DNA of 61,620 bases, the filler included, from Actinomycetales bacterium (lineage in GTDB: Bacteria; Actinomycetota; Actinomycetes; Actinomycetales; CAVURS01), in the NCBI GenBank assembly GCA_045807245.1. It is 4 parts of 4 records of this genome, joined end to end, with 100 filler letters (N's around TTAATTAATTAA, not from the genome) between each part and the next. Parts side by side here need not be neighbours in the genome. Positions count along the whole stretch, not along the records: positions 1 to 21,025 come from JBJMHS010000074.1; 3 more parts are not named here. One strand, 5' to 3'. The notes under the pieces were generated by a model. That model was not told the DNA's origin and did no database searches. It was given only the letters and a program-made list of their open reading frames with translations. A program made the translations under genes and the position numbers. Of the stretch, positions 11,443-21,125 are shown piece after piece (within the stretch, counting starts at the first letter, position 1; each line of letters opens with the position of its first letter).

Positions 11443-12582
11443 CTACAACGAGACGCCGCCGATCTGCGGGGCGCGGTGGGCCCAGAGACGGAACCGGTCC
11501 GGAACTGCCGCACCTGCCGCGAGCGCGAGGTCGGCCGCTAGCTCTCCGACGAGAGGTGCGAACTTGGCGCCATGCCCCGAACAGGCCGAGCAGACCACCA
11601 GGGGCCCGACCGTGTCGAGCACGAAGTCTTCGCTCGGCGTCGAGGTGTACAGACAGGTCGCCTCGTTGCGAGGCGTGGGATCGAGCCCGGGCAGCCATCG
11701 CCGTACGTACTCGGTGAGCTCGGCGCTAGCGCTCGGGTCGAGCGACCTGTCGAGAGGCACTCCGGACGTCACGGTCCCTCCGTCGTGCCGGCCGACCTTC
11801 CGGTCGTCGGCCACCATCCCGACGTCACCGCCGGCGAGGTGGTACATGGCAGCCGGTTCGTCGTCGTGGATGACGCTCGGCCAGGGGGGCTCGGACGGGT
11901 CGAGCCGCGGGAAGTGGGCGATGTGTTGCTGCGTCACGAGGAGCTCCGGCAACGGGGCAAGTCCCGCGGCGAGCTGCGTGAGCCACGGTCCTGGTGCCAG
12001 CACGACGCGCCGCGCCGTGATCGCGTCGTCGTCCGTGCGCACCTCGACCAGTTGCTCGCCGCGCACTGCGATCGACTGCACAGCGGCGTCGAACTGGACC
12101 TGCGCCCCGTGCCGCCGCGCATCGTTGACGAACGCATCGACGGCGGCTTCGGGGTCGACGGTCCCCGCCTGTTGGTGAAATACCACCGGTCCGCTGAATC
12201 GCATTCCAGGCCAACGCCGTTCGGCCTCGACGCTGTCCATCACCTCGTGCGGCACGCTGACCGCCGCCAGGTGCTCGGCGAGCGTGGCGACGTCGCGACG
12301 CCGGCCGAAGTCGAGGGCACCGAGCTGGCGTAGCAGATGTACGTCGTTGGAGAGCTCGAGCTCGCGCCACAGCTCGAACGCCCGGCCAGTCAGTCCCGCG
12401 TAGAGCGCATCGCCATAGGCCCGTCGCACAATTCGGGCTCTGCCGTGCGAGCTGCCCATCGTGTGGTGCGGCCCGAACTGCTCCAGGACCGCGACGGTCG
12501 CGCCGCGCCGCGCCGCCGACCAGGCGGTGGCTGATCCCATCAGACCGGCGCCGACCACGAGGACGTCGAAGTCGGCGCTCAT
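11443..12582 (-). CDS. FAD-dependent oxidoreductase, monomeric sarcosine oxidase / SolA family
   Basis: GAGLMG, GSSHGRARIVR, TCLYTSTP (covalent-FAD Cys) and SGHGAKF motifs. Confidence 0.85.
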   Translation of the reverse strand: MSADFDVLVVGAGLMGSATAWSAARRGATVAVLEQFGPHHTMGSSHGRARIVRRAYGDALYAGLTGRAFELWRELELSNDVHLLRQLGALDFGRRRDVATLAEHLAAVSVPHEVMDSVEAERRWPGMRFSGPVVFHQQAGTVDPEAAVDAFVNDARRHGAQVQFDAAVQSIAVRGEQLVEVRTDDDAITARRVVLAPGPWLTQLAAGLAPLPELLVTQQHIAHFPRLDPSEPPWPSVIHDDEPAAMYHLAGGDVGMVADDRKVGRHDGGTVTSGVPLDRSLDPSASAELTEYVRRWLPGLDPTPRNEATCLYTSTPSEDFVLDTVGPLVVCSACSGHGAKFAPLVGELAADLALAAGAAVPDRFRLWAHRAPQIGGVSL

Positions 12583-12658
12583 GTGCTCGCCGGTGCGGTC
12601 ACACCGCGGATGGTACCGGCGTCCGATCAGTCCTCTGTGCCGACGTAGCGTGTCGGAC

Positions 12659-12943
12659 GTGATGTTCAGTCGAGATCTGCGAGACGCGTTGGTGCGCGGC
12701 GAGATCACTGTCTCGATTCGGCGGTGGAGCAGACCGCAGGTCAAGCCCGGCGGCCGCTACCGGACTGCCGGCGTGCTCATCGAGATCGACTCCCTGGAGC
12801 TCCTCCCCTTCTCTGCGGTCTCGGACGACGACGTACGCGATTCCGGTGAGACCGACCGGGAGGCACTCCGTGAGCGCGCCGCACACTCGGGGCCGATCAA
12901 CGAGCGCACCTTGGTCTACCGGATCGAGTTCCATCTCGTGTAA
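12659..12943 (+). CDS. Small ASCH/PUA-like protein
   Basis: GEITVSIRRW, DDDVRDSG and VYRIEF resemble ASCH; TAGCGT 7 nt before GTG. Confidence 0.6.
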   Translation: MMFSRDLRDALVRGEITVSIRRWSRPQVKPGGRYRTAGVLIEIDSLELLPFSAVSDDDVRDSGETDREALRERAAHSGPINERTLVYRIEFHLV

Positions 12944-13063
12944 CCAGAATCGGCCCAGTGCCGGGGTCGGAGGGCAAAGTGCCGAGGTTCCCCCGATGCC
13001 GCGGCCGGCGCCTCGCGGGGATTCTTCTGAGTGGTAGGCAGTTATCTCCGAAGGAGTCCACAG

Positions 13064-13564
13064 ATGAAGATCGCGAAGCGAATCCTGCTGGTCGGGGCAA
13101 CCGTGCTCCCTTGGGTGGTCATGGCGGGCACGGCTGCAGTCGCAGCCGCCCCGACGACTGCCCCAGTGGACATCGTCAGTGATGTCGTCATCACCGACTT
13201 GTGCGCGTTTCCGGTAGCCGTGCACACGGTTCTCATAGGTACGGAGACCGACTTCACCGACAGTGCCGGCAACCTGGTGATGATCGTCGGCCACGGCGTC
13301 TTCACGGACACGTTCAGCGCCAACGGGGTCACCTTGGCGGGTGAGCCCTATCACGGAAACGCTCGCGCGACCCTCGACAGCAGTGGCAACGTCATTTCGG
13401 TGACCGGGCAGGGCGTCACGGAACGCGTGCCCCTTCCGGACGGCTCGGTCTTCTTCAGCGCCGGCCGGGTCGACTTCTTGGCTCACACCGGCGATGAGAT
13501 CTTCGTCCCGGACACCGGCCGGTCCGGCGATGTCGCCGCGCTGTGCCAGGCACTATCGGGCTGA
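13064..13564 (+). CDS. Secreted hypothetical protein (signal peptide, two Cys, beta-rich)
   Basis: AAGGAG RBS; basic N-terminus, hydrophobic stretch and AxA cleavage site. Confidence 0.75.
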   Translation: MKIAKRILLVGATVLPWVVMAGTAAVAAAPTTAPVDIVSDVVITDLCAFPVAVHTVLIGTETDFTDSAGNLVMIVGHGVFTDTFSANGVTLAGEPYHGNARATLDSSGNVISVTGQGVTERVPLPDGSVFFSAGRVDFLAHTGDEIFVPDTGRSGDVAALCQALSG

Positions 13565-13674
13565 CGAGCCGCGACCGAACATCTCCGCCTCCGTGGCGTC
13601 GGGCGAGTGCTGCGGAGGCGGAGTCCGCTGGACGTGCTTAGTGATGATGGGCCTGGCGGCATTACGATCCGCCC

Positions 13675-16437
13675 ATGCCCGTGTATGTGCCGGGGGTGGC
13701 AAACGAGGCGGTTATCGGGCGCGATGCCGAGCTCGCGGATATCGCCGGAACTCTTGCCGAGTCGCGCAAGCGTGCGGTTGTCATCGAGGGACCCGCGGGA
13801 ATCGGCAAGTCCACACTCTGGCGCGCAGCGGCGGCTGCCCGCCGGGCCGATGAGTGTGTGCTCCTCGTTCGACCGCGCGAGGTCGAGGCGCGGATGCCGT
13901 ATGCCGGCCTCGAGGGTCTGATCGGCGAGCGGCTGGACGACGTGGCGGCCGATCTGCCATCGCTGCAGCGGCGCGCGCTCGATGTGGCCCTGATGCGTGT
14001 CGATCCACTTGCCGACGCCGTCGACCCGCAGTTGGTGGCGACCGCGGCAGTGTCAACCTTCGGTGCGCTCGGAACCAAACGGCGACTGCTCATCTGCATC
14101 GACGATGCCCAGTGGCTCGATGCGGAATCCACAGACGTTGTGCGCTTCGCTTTGCGCCGCCTACCGCCCGACCGCGTTCATGGCCTGGTCACGTGGAGAT
14201 CGGAGACGCCACCGCTTGACCTCGGGCTGGACAACGACGACCTGCACCGCACGGCAATCGCCCCATTGTCGGTCGACAGCCTTCGTGCGGTGGTCCGCCA
14301 GCACTTAAAGCAGCCGTTGAGCGCTCCGTCAGCGCGCGCTCTGCACAAGATGAGCGGTGGCAATCCCTTCTACGCTCTTGAGATCGCGCGATCGCATCCG
14401 GACGGCGACTACGGATTCGAGCGTCCGCTCACCTTGAATGATGTCCGACGCCTCGTCGGGCGCCGATTCGCCGAGCTGCCCAGGTCGACGCTGTCGGCCC
14501 TTGCGACCGTGGCTGCCATGTCGAACCCTGAAGTTTGGCGCGTCCGGAAAGTCCTGCCCGACGAGTCGAGTCTGGATATCGCTTTCGACCTGCAGATCCT
14601 GACCGAGGGTGAGAGCGGCCTGCTCGAGTTCACCCATCCGCTGCTGTCGGCGGCGGCATACGCCCTCATGCCGCCACGCCGGCGTCGGGAGATCCACGCA
14701 CTGCTGGCCGAGTACGCGTCCAGTCCGGAGGAACGGGCCCGTCACCTGGCCCTGTGCACGGTCGAGCCGGACGAGGTGACCGCGGCGACGGTAGAGGCGG
14801 GGGCCAGGGCAGCGGCTGCCCGTGGAGCGCCCGCTGACGCAGCCCACCTGGTCGAGATCGCGGCTCGTCTCACTCCTGCCGCCGACCAGGCCACCGCGGG
14901 TGCGCGCCGCCTCGCAGCGGCGGAGTGGCACAGGGTCGCCGGTGACCTGGCCACGGCTGTCGGCATCTGGACGCGGCTCAGCGCAGCCGAGCCGCCGGGA
15001 GAGGTGCACGCCGAGGCCATCGCCCAGATCGCCCTGCGCGGAGTCGTCCCACATGAGCGGGCGGTCGCGCTCAGCGAACAGGCCGTGGCGGAGAGCACGA
15101 CCCTGCGTGGGCGGATCCGTCGGATCAGCATGCATGCAGCTGTCGTCGCCGATACCGCCAGAACGCTCGCGATGCAACGTGCCGCGGTCGCCGATGCCCG
15201 TGCCGCCGGCGACGTCGAGGCGTTGCTGGCCATCCTGCCTGAGCTGGGCTTCCAGCTGGCTCTGTCGGAGCCGGACTCAGAAGGGCTGGACCTCCTGCGC
15301 GAGGCCGTCGCGTTGCAGCACCGGCCCGAGCCTCGCGGGAGCGACTACGTGGCACCGGACATCGGACTTGCGATCGTCCTGATCCAGCGCAACGAGCTGG
15401 CCGAGGCCACCGCGCTGCTGCAGGGACACCTCCAAGCCTCCGTCGCCAGAGGCGACGAGGACGGGGTCAGTAAGGCGGCCTCGCACCTGTGCGAGGTCGC
15501 GCTGCGAGCCGGACGTCTGGACGAGGCCCAACAGGCGATCACCCTGGCACTGACCGCCGGCGGTGAGGAGCAGACATCGCAAGAGCTGTGTATGCGCCTC
15601 GTCTTCGCCGCCTGGGTCGCCGCCCACCGCGGCGATGTAGATGACGCATGGACCCTGCTGACCCGGGTCCGTGCCATGTGCGACGAGGTCGGCGACCGAT
15701 ACGCCGAGGCTGGTTACGGCATCGTCACCGGCTTTCTCGAGCTGTCACTGGGCAACCCGGGCCGCGCGCGCGAGGCTCTGGCTCCGGTGCTTGCCCTGTG
15801 GCGCGCTATCGGCCATGTGGAACCCGGGGTCTACTACTTCATGCCCGACTGGCACGAGTCGCTGATCGGCTCGGCTGCCCTCGATGACGCCGCCGGCGCG
15901 ATCGCCGACTGGGAGCGGGTCGGTCGACGCTACGACCGGCCGTTCGCACTCGCGACCGCCGCCCGGGCGCGGGGGATGCTCCTCACGGCACAGGGGCGCC
16001 TCGACGAGGCATCGTCAGCATTCACCGACGCGCTGACGCAGCACGAACGGTTCGTCTGGCCGCATCAGCACGCGCGCACACACCTCGAACACGGACGCAG
16101 CCTGCGCCGCGCCGGTCGACGGGCTACAGCCAGGGCGCAACTGTCCGCGGCGTTGGAGATCTTCACCAGCATCGGCGAGCAACTCTGGGTCGCTCAGACG
16201 CGAGACGAGATCGCCCGGCTCGGCGGTCGCACGCCCTCCGGCCGGATGCTGACCGATGCCGAGGAGCGCGTTGTCACACTGGTCGCCGCCGGGCGCTCGA
16301 ACCGCGACGTCGCCGCTGAGCTGTCGATATCGGTACGGACCGTGGAGGCAAACCTGACCCGGGCCTACGCCAAGCTGAGTGTCCGTTCCCGCAGCGAACT
16401 CGCTGCGCGGTGGAGAGACCACAGCCCGCGCGCTTGA
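13675..16437 (+). CDS. LAL-type regulator (AAA ATPase, TPR-like region, C-terminal LuxR HTH)
   Basis: Walker A GPAGIGKST, Walker B IDDAQWLD, GGNPFYALE, C-terminal LT.AE...G.SN..VA..L.IS..TVE. Confidence 0.9.
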   Translation: MPVYVPGVANEAVIGRDAELADIAGTLAESRKRAVVIEGPAGIGKSTLWRAAAAARRADECVLLVRPREVEARMPYAGLEGLIGERLDDVAADLPSLQRRALDVALMRVDPLADAVDPQLVATAAVSTFGALGTKRRLLICIDDAQWLDAESTDVVRFALRRLPPDRVHGLVTWRSETPPLDLGLDNDDLHRTAIAPLSVDSLRAVVRQHLKQPLSAPSARALHKMSGGNPFYALEIARSHPDGDYGFERPLTLNDVRRLVGRRFAELPRSTLSALATVAAMSNPEVWRVRKVLPDESSLDIAFDLQILTEGESGLLEFTHPLLSAAAYALMPPRRRREIHALLAEYASSPEERARHLALCTVEPDEVTAATVEAGARAAAARGAPADAAHLVEIAARLTPAADQATAGARRLAAAEWHRVAGDLATAVGIWTRLSAAEPPGEVHAEAIAQIALRGVVPHERAVALSEQAVAESTTLRGRIRRISMHAAVVADTARTLAMQRAAVADARAAGDVEALLAILPELGFQLALSEPDSEGLDLLREAVALQHRPEPRGSDYVAPDIGLAIVLIQRNELAEATALLQGHLQASVARGDEDGVSKAASHLCEVALRAGRLDEAQQAITLALTAGGEEQTSQELCMRLVFAAWVAAHRGDVDDAWTLLTRVRAMCDEVGDRYAEAGYGIVTGFLELSLGNPGRAREALAPVLALWRAIGHVEPGVYYFMPDWHESLIGSAALDDAAGAIADWERVGRRYDRPFALATAARARGMLLTAQGRLDEASSAFTDALTQHERFVWPHQHARTHLEHGRSLRRAGRRATARAQLSAALEIFTSIGEQLWVAQTRDEIARLGGRTPSGRMLTDAEERVVTLVAAGRSNRDVAAELSISVRTVEANLTRAYAKLSVRSRSELAARWRDHSPRA

Positions 16438-16496
16438 CTAACCGAGCTGGCTCCGCCGCCGTGCAAGCACGCGCAGGCGAGCGGTATGCAGCGTGG

Positions 16497-16610
16497 TCAG
16501 CTGCGCGGGGGCTGGTTGGGCAGAACGGTCGTCGGATGGGTGGCCGGCGTCGACTTCGGCGCCTTCTTCTTCGGCTTCTTGGCCTCTCGCCGCGGCTTGT
16601 CCTTGGCCAT
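16497..16610 (-). CDS. 37-aa Lys/Pro-rich small protein MAKDKPRREAKKPKKKAPKSTPATHPTTVLPNQPPRS (below ORF-track cutoff)
   Basis: Strong RBS AGGAGGAGGAG just before ATG, GC-ending codon usage, lies in an otherwise empty intergenic gap. Confidence 0.65.
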   Translation of the reverse strand: MAKDKPRREAKKPKKKAPKSTPATHPTTVLPNQPPRS

Positions 16611-16739
16611 GAGCTCCTCCTCCTGAAGCGTCCACGGGACTGGGTGGGATCAGCTGCAGAGCGGGGATCTCACATATCGACTCCAATGCCGGGGTGCTTC
16701 GACGGTAGCTCCCACCAGGCCCGCTGCGCACCTGTCTTT

Positions 16740-18011
16740 TCAGGCCGTTTCGGTCGACATGCGCCGCCGGAGCGAGGGGCCGAGGAACGACGCGGCCACC
16801 GCAACCACGGCGTTGACCCCCAGGCAGCCGCCGAACACGACGGCCCGGCCCTGGTCCAGGCCCCAGGTGCCGGCCAAGGGTGCGAACATCGAGGCGCCCC
16901 CGAACGCGAGCCCGATCAACCCGTTGTACCGCCCGCGCATGGACTCCGGCGCGATCGTGTTGATGATCGTCGGGCCGATCGAGTTGAACGCGATCTCCCC
17001 CAGCGTCCAGACGAAGACCGTTGCGCCGTACTCGACCGTGGTGTGGGCGAAGCCGGTCAGCCCGAACCCGATGCCGGTCACCAGGATCGACCAGGCGTAG
17101 ACCTGGGCCGGCGGCAGCCGGATCAGCCAGCGCAGGGTCAGGGGCTGGATGGCGATGATCGCGATCGGGTTGACCGCATAGGCGATGCCGTACGACGCGG
17201 GGCTGAGGTGGTCCTGCGTCATGGCCAGCGGCAGGGCGACGTACGCCTGGAGGTAGACGGTCGCGCCGACGAGGGTCATGGCGGCCAGGGCGACCGCGAG
17301 CCGGTCCCGCAGCACGGGCCCGTAGCCGCCGGACTCCGAGGGTTCGGGCTCCGGCCGGCTCTCCGGGACGCCCCGGGCGACCAGCACGGCGAACAGGATG
17401 GAGGTGGCCGCGTCGAGCACGAACAGGATCCACCAGCCGTGTGCGGCCAGCAGCCCGCCGAGCACGCCGGAGACCGAGACGCCCAGGTTGATCGCCCAGT
17501 AGATGATGGCGAACGCCCGGGGCCGGTCCTGCGGGTCGATGATGTCGGCGACCGCGGCCGACGCCGCCGGGCGGTAGATGTCGACGGCCACACCCACCAG
17601 CAGCGAGCTGGCCGCGATGAGCCACAGTGGACGGGCCACCCCGAGCAGGCCCATCGAGGCCGCGGTCGCGAGCAGCCCGCCGACCATGGTCGCGCGCCGC
17701 CCGAACCGGTCCGCCAGCCAGCCACCCAGCGGCTGTGAGACGAACGAGCCGGCGCCGAAGCAGGTGATGATCGCGCCCGCCGTCGTGAGCGAGAGGTCCC
17801 GGCCACGGACGAGGTACAGCGCGAGGAACGGCTCGACGAACTGGCCCAACCGGTTGACGATCGTCCCGGCGAAAATGACCCAGAACGGGCGCGGCAGGCC
17901 GGCCAGGGCAGACCACCACCGGCCCGGCGTCCGGTCCAGCGCGTCCGGCGGCGGTGGGGGTGGCTCGCCGAGAGCGCCGTCACTCAACAGCTCGACGTCG
18001 TCCTCGGCCAT
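16740..18011 (-). CDS. MFS transporter
   Basis: Motif A GGWLADRFGRR, about 12 hydrophobic segments; TAGCCT 7 nt upstream of ATG. Confidence 0.92.
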   Translation of the reverse strand: MAEDDVELLSDGALGEPPPPPPDALDRTPGRWWSALAGLPRPFWVIFAGTIVNRLGQFVEPFLALYLVRGRDLSLTTAGAIITCFGAGSFVSQPLGGWLADRFGRRATMVGGLLATAASMGLLGVARPLWLIAASSLLVGVAVDIYRPAASAAVADIIDPQDRPRAFAIIYWAINLGVSVSGVLGGLLAAHGWWILFVLDAATSILFAVLVARGVPESRPEPEPSESGGYGPVLRDRLAVALAAMTLVGATVYLQAYVALPLAMTQDHLSPASYGIAYAVNPIAIIAIQPLTLRWLIRLPPAQVYAWSILVTGIGFGLTGFAHTTVEYGATVFVWTLGEIAFNSIGPTIINTIAPESMRGRYNGLIGLAFGGASMFAPLAGTWGLDQGRAVVFGGCLGVNAVVAVAASFLGPSLRRRMSTETA

Positions 18012-18071
18012 AGCGGTCAGGCTAGGTCGCGGGTCCGACAGGTGCGATGGGTTATCGGCCCGGAGCGGAGC

Positions 18072-18464
18072 TCACCAGGTGACACCGTGCGCGGTCAGCT
18101 CGGCCTCCGTCTGCAGGCGCTCCACCTGGTCCAGCCGCTCGCGCGGCGGCGGGTCCACGCCGACCGCCTTGCAGGCGTCCCGGAGGGCCGCGTCGTACGC
18201 CCAGCTGGCCGCGAGCAACCGGTGGTGCCGGGCCGGCAGGCGAGGGTCGGCCAGCACCCGGGCGATCTCGGCGTTGATCCGGTGCAGGTCGGCGCAGATC
18301 TGCTCGATCGGCGGGCTGCTGACGGGGGCGGGGACCCTCCGCACCCCGAGCGCGGTCACGCAGGCACCGAGGAACTCTCCGGCAGTCGACCGCCACCTGC
18401 GCTGGTGATCGGGCTCCGGAGGAGCGGTCCGGCGCCCTCGCCGGAGCCAGCCCGCCAGGCTCAC
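18072..18464 (-). CDS. Hypothetical protein (actinobacterial helical family)
   Basis: PIEQICADLHR...AYDAALRDAC...ERLQTEAEL...W pattern; coding-like codon usage. Confidence 0.6.
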   Translation of the reverse strand: MSLAGWLRRGRRTAPPEPDHQRRWRSTAGEFLGACVTALGVRRVPAPVSSPPIEQICADLHRINAEIARVLADPRLPARHHRLLAASWAYDAALRDACKAVGVDPPPRERLDQVERLQTEAELTAHGVTW

Positions 18465-18497
18465 TCATCCAGGATGCCTCGGTTCCGCCGCTATCGC

Positions 18498-18890
18498 CTA
18501 GTGCGTTATGTCTTCGTGAGCAGGGTTGCCGAGCGCGGTGCGGGGGAAGCCCGGGCCGGCACCGCGTACCAGCGGTGCACCGGCGGGCCGAGCGCCGGCG
18601 ACGCAGATAGCGGAGGCGAACTCCCGCGCCTCGGCTCGCAGCGAGGGCTCGCACGGCACGACGAAGTGGAACGAGGGACCCTCGACGAGCAGGAATAGCT
18701 CGCGGGGATGGTCGGGCCCGCGCAGTACGTCACGGATGAGCCCGGGCAGGACGCTGGCCAGCGTCTCGCGGCGGACGACCTCGCCGTCCTCCTCCACGTA
18801 GGCCCGAGCACCGTGCACCGGCGCACTCTGCCCGTCGAAGCTGATCCTGCTGTCGCTGAGGGACACCCCTGCAAACCGCAACGCCGCCAT
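18498..18890 (-). CDS. Hypothetical protein
   Basis: GAGG RBS; globular-looking composition; co-oriented with neighbours. Confidence 0.55.
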   Translation of the reverse strand: MAALRFAGVSLSDSRISFDGQSAPVHGARAYVEEDGEVVRRETLASVLPGLIRDVLRGPDHPRELFLLVEGPSFHFVVPCEPSLRAEAREFASAICVAGARPAGAPLVRGAGPGFPRTALGNPAHEDITH

Positions 18891-18974
18891 GTACCTCGCT
18901 TCGGGCCGGTCCGCTCCCGCCTTGAGCTTCGTACGACGAACGGTCCAGTGCGGTTGCTCGCGCTGCGGGCGGCC

Positions 18975-20111
18975 TCAGGCCAGCCCGGCGTACCCGGGCT
19001 TGATCACGTCGTCGATGATGGCCAGCCGCTCGTCGAACGGGATGAACGCACTCTTCATCGCGTTGATCGTCGCCCAGCGCAGGTCGTCGAGGGTCCAGCC
19101 GAGCTCGCTGACCAGCAGGCCCATCTCGCGGGACATCGACGTGCCGCTCATCAGCCGGTTGTCGGTGTTGACGGTGACCCGGAAGCGCAGCCGGGACAGC
19201 AGGCCGATGGGGTGGTGGGCGACCGAGTCGGCCGCACCGGTCTGGACGTTGCTGCTCGGACACATCTCCAACGGGATGCGCTTGTCCCGGACGTACGCCG
19301 CCAGCCGGCCGAGCTTCACGTCCTCCACCGCCGCGGCGCTGTCCGCAGCGACGTCGTCGCCCCACGGGCGTGAGCCGACCCGCAGGTCGTCGACGATGCG
19401 GACGCCGTGACCCAGCCGGTCAGCCCCGCACCACTGGATCGCCTCCCAGATGCTCGGCAGGCCGAACGCCTCACCGGCGTGGATGGTGAAGTGGGCGTTC
19501 TCGCGCTGGAGGTACTCGAACGCGTCCAGATGGCGGGTGGGCGGGAAGCCGGCCTCGGCGCCCGCGATGTCGAAGCCGACGACGCCGTCGTCGCGGTACC
19601 GGACGGCGAGCCGGGCGATCTCGGTGCTCCTCGCCGCGTGGCGCATGGCAGTGAGCAGGGTGCCGACCCGGATCGAGCTCCCTTGCAGCGCAGAGAGCTT
19701 CATGCCCTGCTCGAAGCCCTCGGTCACCGCCTCCACGACCTCGGCCAGCTCCATGTCGCGCGTGAGGTGCTGCTCCGGCGCGTAGCGGACCTCGGCGTAG
19801 ACGACGCCGTCCGCAGCCAGGTCCTGGGCGCATTCGCTGGCCACCCGCACGAGCGAGTCGCGCGTCTGCATGACGCCCACGGTGTGCGCGAAAGTCTCGA
19901 GGTAGCGCTCGAGCGAGCCCGAGTCGGCAGCAGCGCGGAACCAGGCGCCGAGCTGCTCGGCGTTCTGGGTCGGAAGGGCGTCGTACCCGTCCTGCTCGGC
20001 CAGCTCCACGATGGTGGCCGGGCGCAGGCCGCCGTCGAGGTGGTCGTGCAGCAGAGCCTTGGGAGCCCGGCGGATGGTCTCCGCCGTGGGCGGTGCGGCG
20101 GCGTCGGTCAC
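18975..20111 (-). CDS. add: Adenosine deaminase
   Basis: LHDHLDG, TIHAGE, RLGHG, EMCPSSN and VNTDN motifs. Confidence 0.95.
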   Translation of the reverse strand: MTDAAAPPTAETIRRAPKALLHDHLDGGLRPATIVELAEQDGYDALPTQNAEQLGAWFRAAADSGSLERYLETFAHTVGVMQTRDSLVRVASECAQDLAADGVVYAEVRYAPEQHLTRDMELAEVVEAVTEGFEQGMKLSALQGSSIRVGTLLTAMRHAARSTEIARLAVRYRDDGVVGFDIAGAEAGFPPTRHLDAFEYLQRENAHFTIHAGEAFGLPSIWEAIQWCGADRLGHGVRIVDDLRVGSRPWGDDVAADSAAAVEDVKLGRLAAYVRDKRIPLEMCPSSNVQTGAADSVAHHPIGLLSRLRFRVTVNTDNRLMSGTSMSREMGLLVSELGWTLDDLRWATINAMKSAFIPFDERLAIIDDVIKPGYAGLA

Positions 20112-20143
20112 GCCCGCAGGCTATCCGGCCCGGACGGCACGGG

Positions 20144-20959
20144 TCAGGTGCCGGCCAGACGCTCGACCACCGGCGCCAGGGCGTCCAGGAACGCGGCGTT
20201 GGTCACCACGTAGCTGATGCCGAGCTCGTCCCGGCGCCGCCGCAGGCGGTCAGCCATCTCGTCGACCGAGCCGGTCAGGACCGCCGCCGACCCGCGGGCC
20301 GCCAGCTCGCTCAGGTCGGCGCCGACCACGGGGCGCAGCCACGGCGGCGACTCCTCGCCGACGGCCAGCAGGTTGACGTTCAGCTCGATGTCGTCGGCGC
20401 GGCCGCCGGCCAGGTCACGCACCAGCCCGACAGCGTCGGCCAGCGCGGCCTCGTCCTTGTCGGGGCCCAGGCCCAGGGCGATCGTGTCCACGTCGCCGAT
20501 GACCGCCGACAGCAGCCGCGGACCGCTCCCGGCGACCAGGACGCGCAGGTCCGGCACCCGTTCGCGGGCCGTCGTGATCGCGGCAGTGGTCTGCCCGACC
20601 CGCTCCGCGAAGCCGCCGAAGGGCCGGCCCAGCGTTGCCGCCTCCTCGGCTGCCTTGGGTCGCCCCGCGCCGACCCCGAGCTCGAACCGGCCCGCGGCGA
20701 GCAGGTCGAGCGCGGCGGCGTCCCAGGCGACCTGGGACGCGGGCCGGTACGGCGCGGCGAGCACGTAGGTGCCCACGCGCAACCGCGTCGTCGCGGTGGC
20801 TGCAGCCGCCAGCGCCGGCACCGGCGACAGGCCGCTCACGTTGTCGGGGGTCAACAGGATGTCGTAGCCGAGGTCCTCGGCCCGGCGGGCCGTCGACACC
20901 CAGGCCTGCGCGTCGGCGGGCTGGGCCGCGACGATCCCGAACCGGAAGGTCTTGTCCAT
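20144..20959 (-). CDS. LLM-class flavin/F420-dependent oxidoreductase
   Basis: ARRAEDLGYD, LRVGTYV, GRFELGVGAG and RRDELGISY motifs. Confidence 0.8.
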   Translation of the reverse strand: MDKTFRFGIVAAQPADAQAWVSTARRAEDLGYDILLTPDNVSGLSPVPALAAAATATTRLRVGTYVLAAPYRPASQVAWDAAALDLLAAGRFELGVGAGRPKAAEEAATLGRPFGGFAERVGQTTAAITTARERVPDLRVLVAGSGPRLLSAVIGDVDTIALGLGPDKDEAALADAVGLVRDLAGGRADDIELNVNLLAVGEESPPWLRPVVGADLSELAARGSAAVLTGSVDEMADRLRRRRDELGISYVVTNAAFLDALAPVVERLAGT

Positions 20960-21025
20960 GTCTCGACCCTCGCGCGCGGCCCGGCCGGCCGCATCCTCCC
21001 GGCGGAGGCTCTCGGAGTACGCCCA

Positions 21026-21125
21026 NNNNNNNNNNNNNNNNNNNNNNNNNNNNNNNNNNNNNNNNNNNNTTAATTAATTAANNNNNNNNNNNNNNNNNNN
21101 NNNNNNNNNNNNNNNNNNNNNNNNN
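21026..21125. other. Artificial contig linker
   Basis: N44-TTAATTAATTAA-N44 with stops in all six frames. Confidence 0.98.

Noticed and set aside
16611..16739. GGTGGGA/TCCCACC pairing suggesting a structured ncRNA
   Set aside because: Only one short helix and no recognisable family; an Rfam/covariance search would be needed.
21026..21125. TTAATTAATTAA palindrome within N runs, repeated at 38207-38306 and 51044-51143
   Set aside because: Identical synthetic six-frame-stop linker joining contigs; not biological. The truncations of hydA, the PKD gene, arc, pafA and the nucleotidyltransferase are assembly edges, not pseudogenes.
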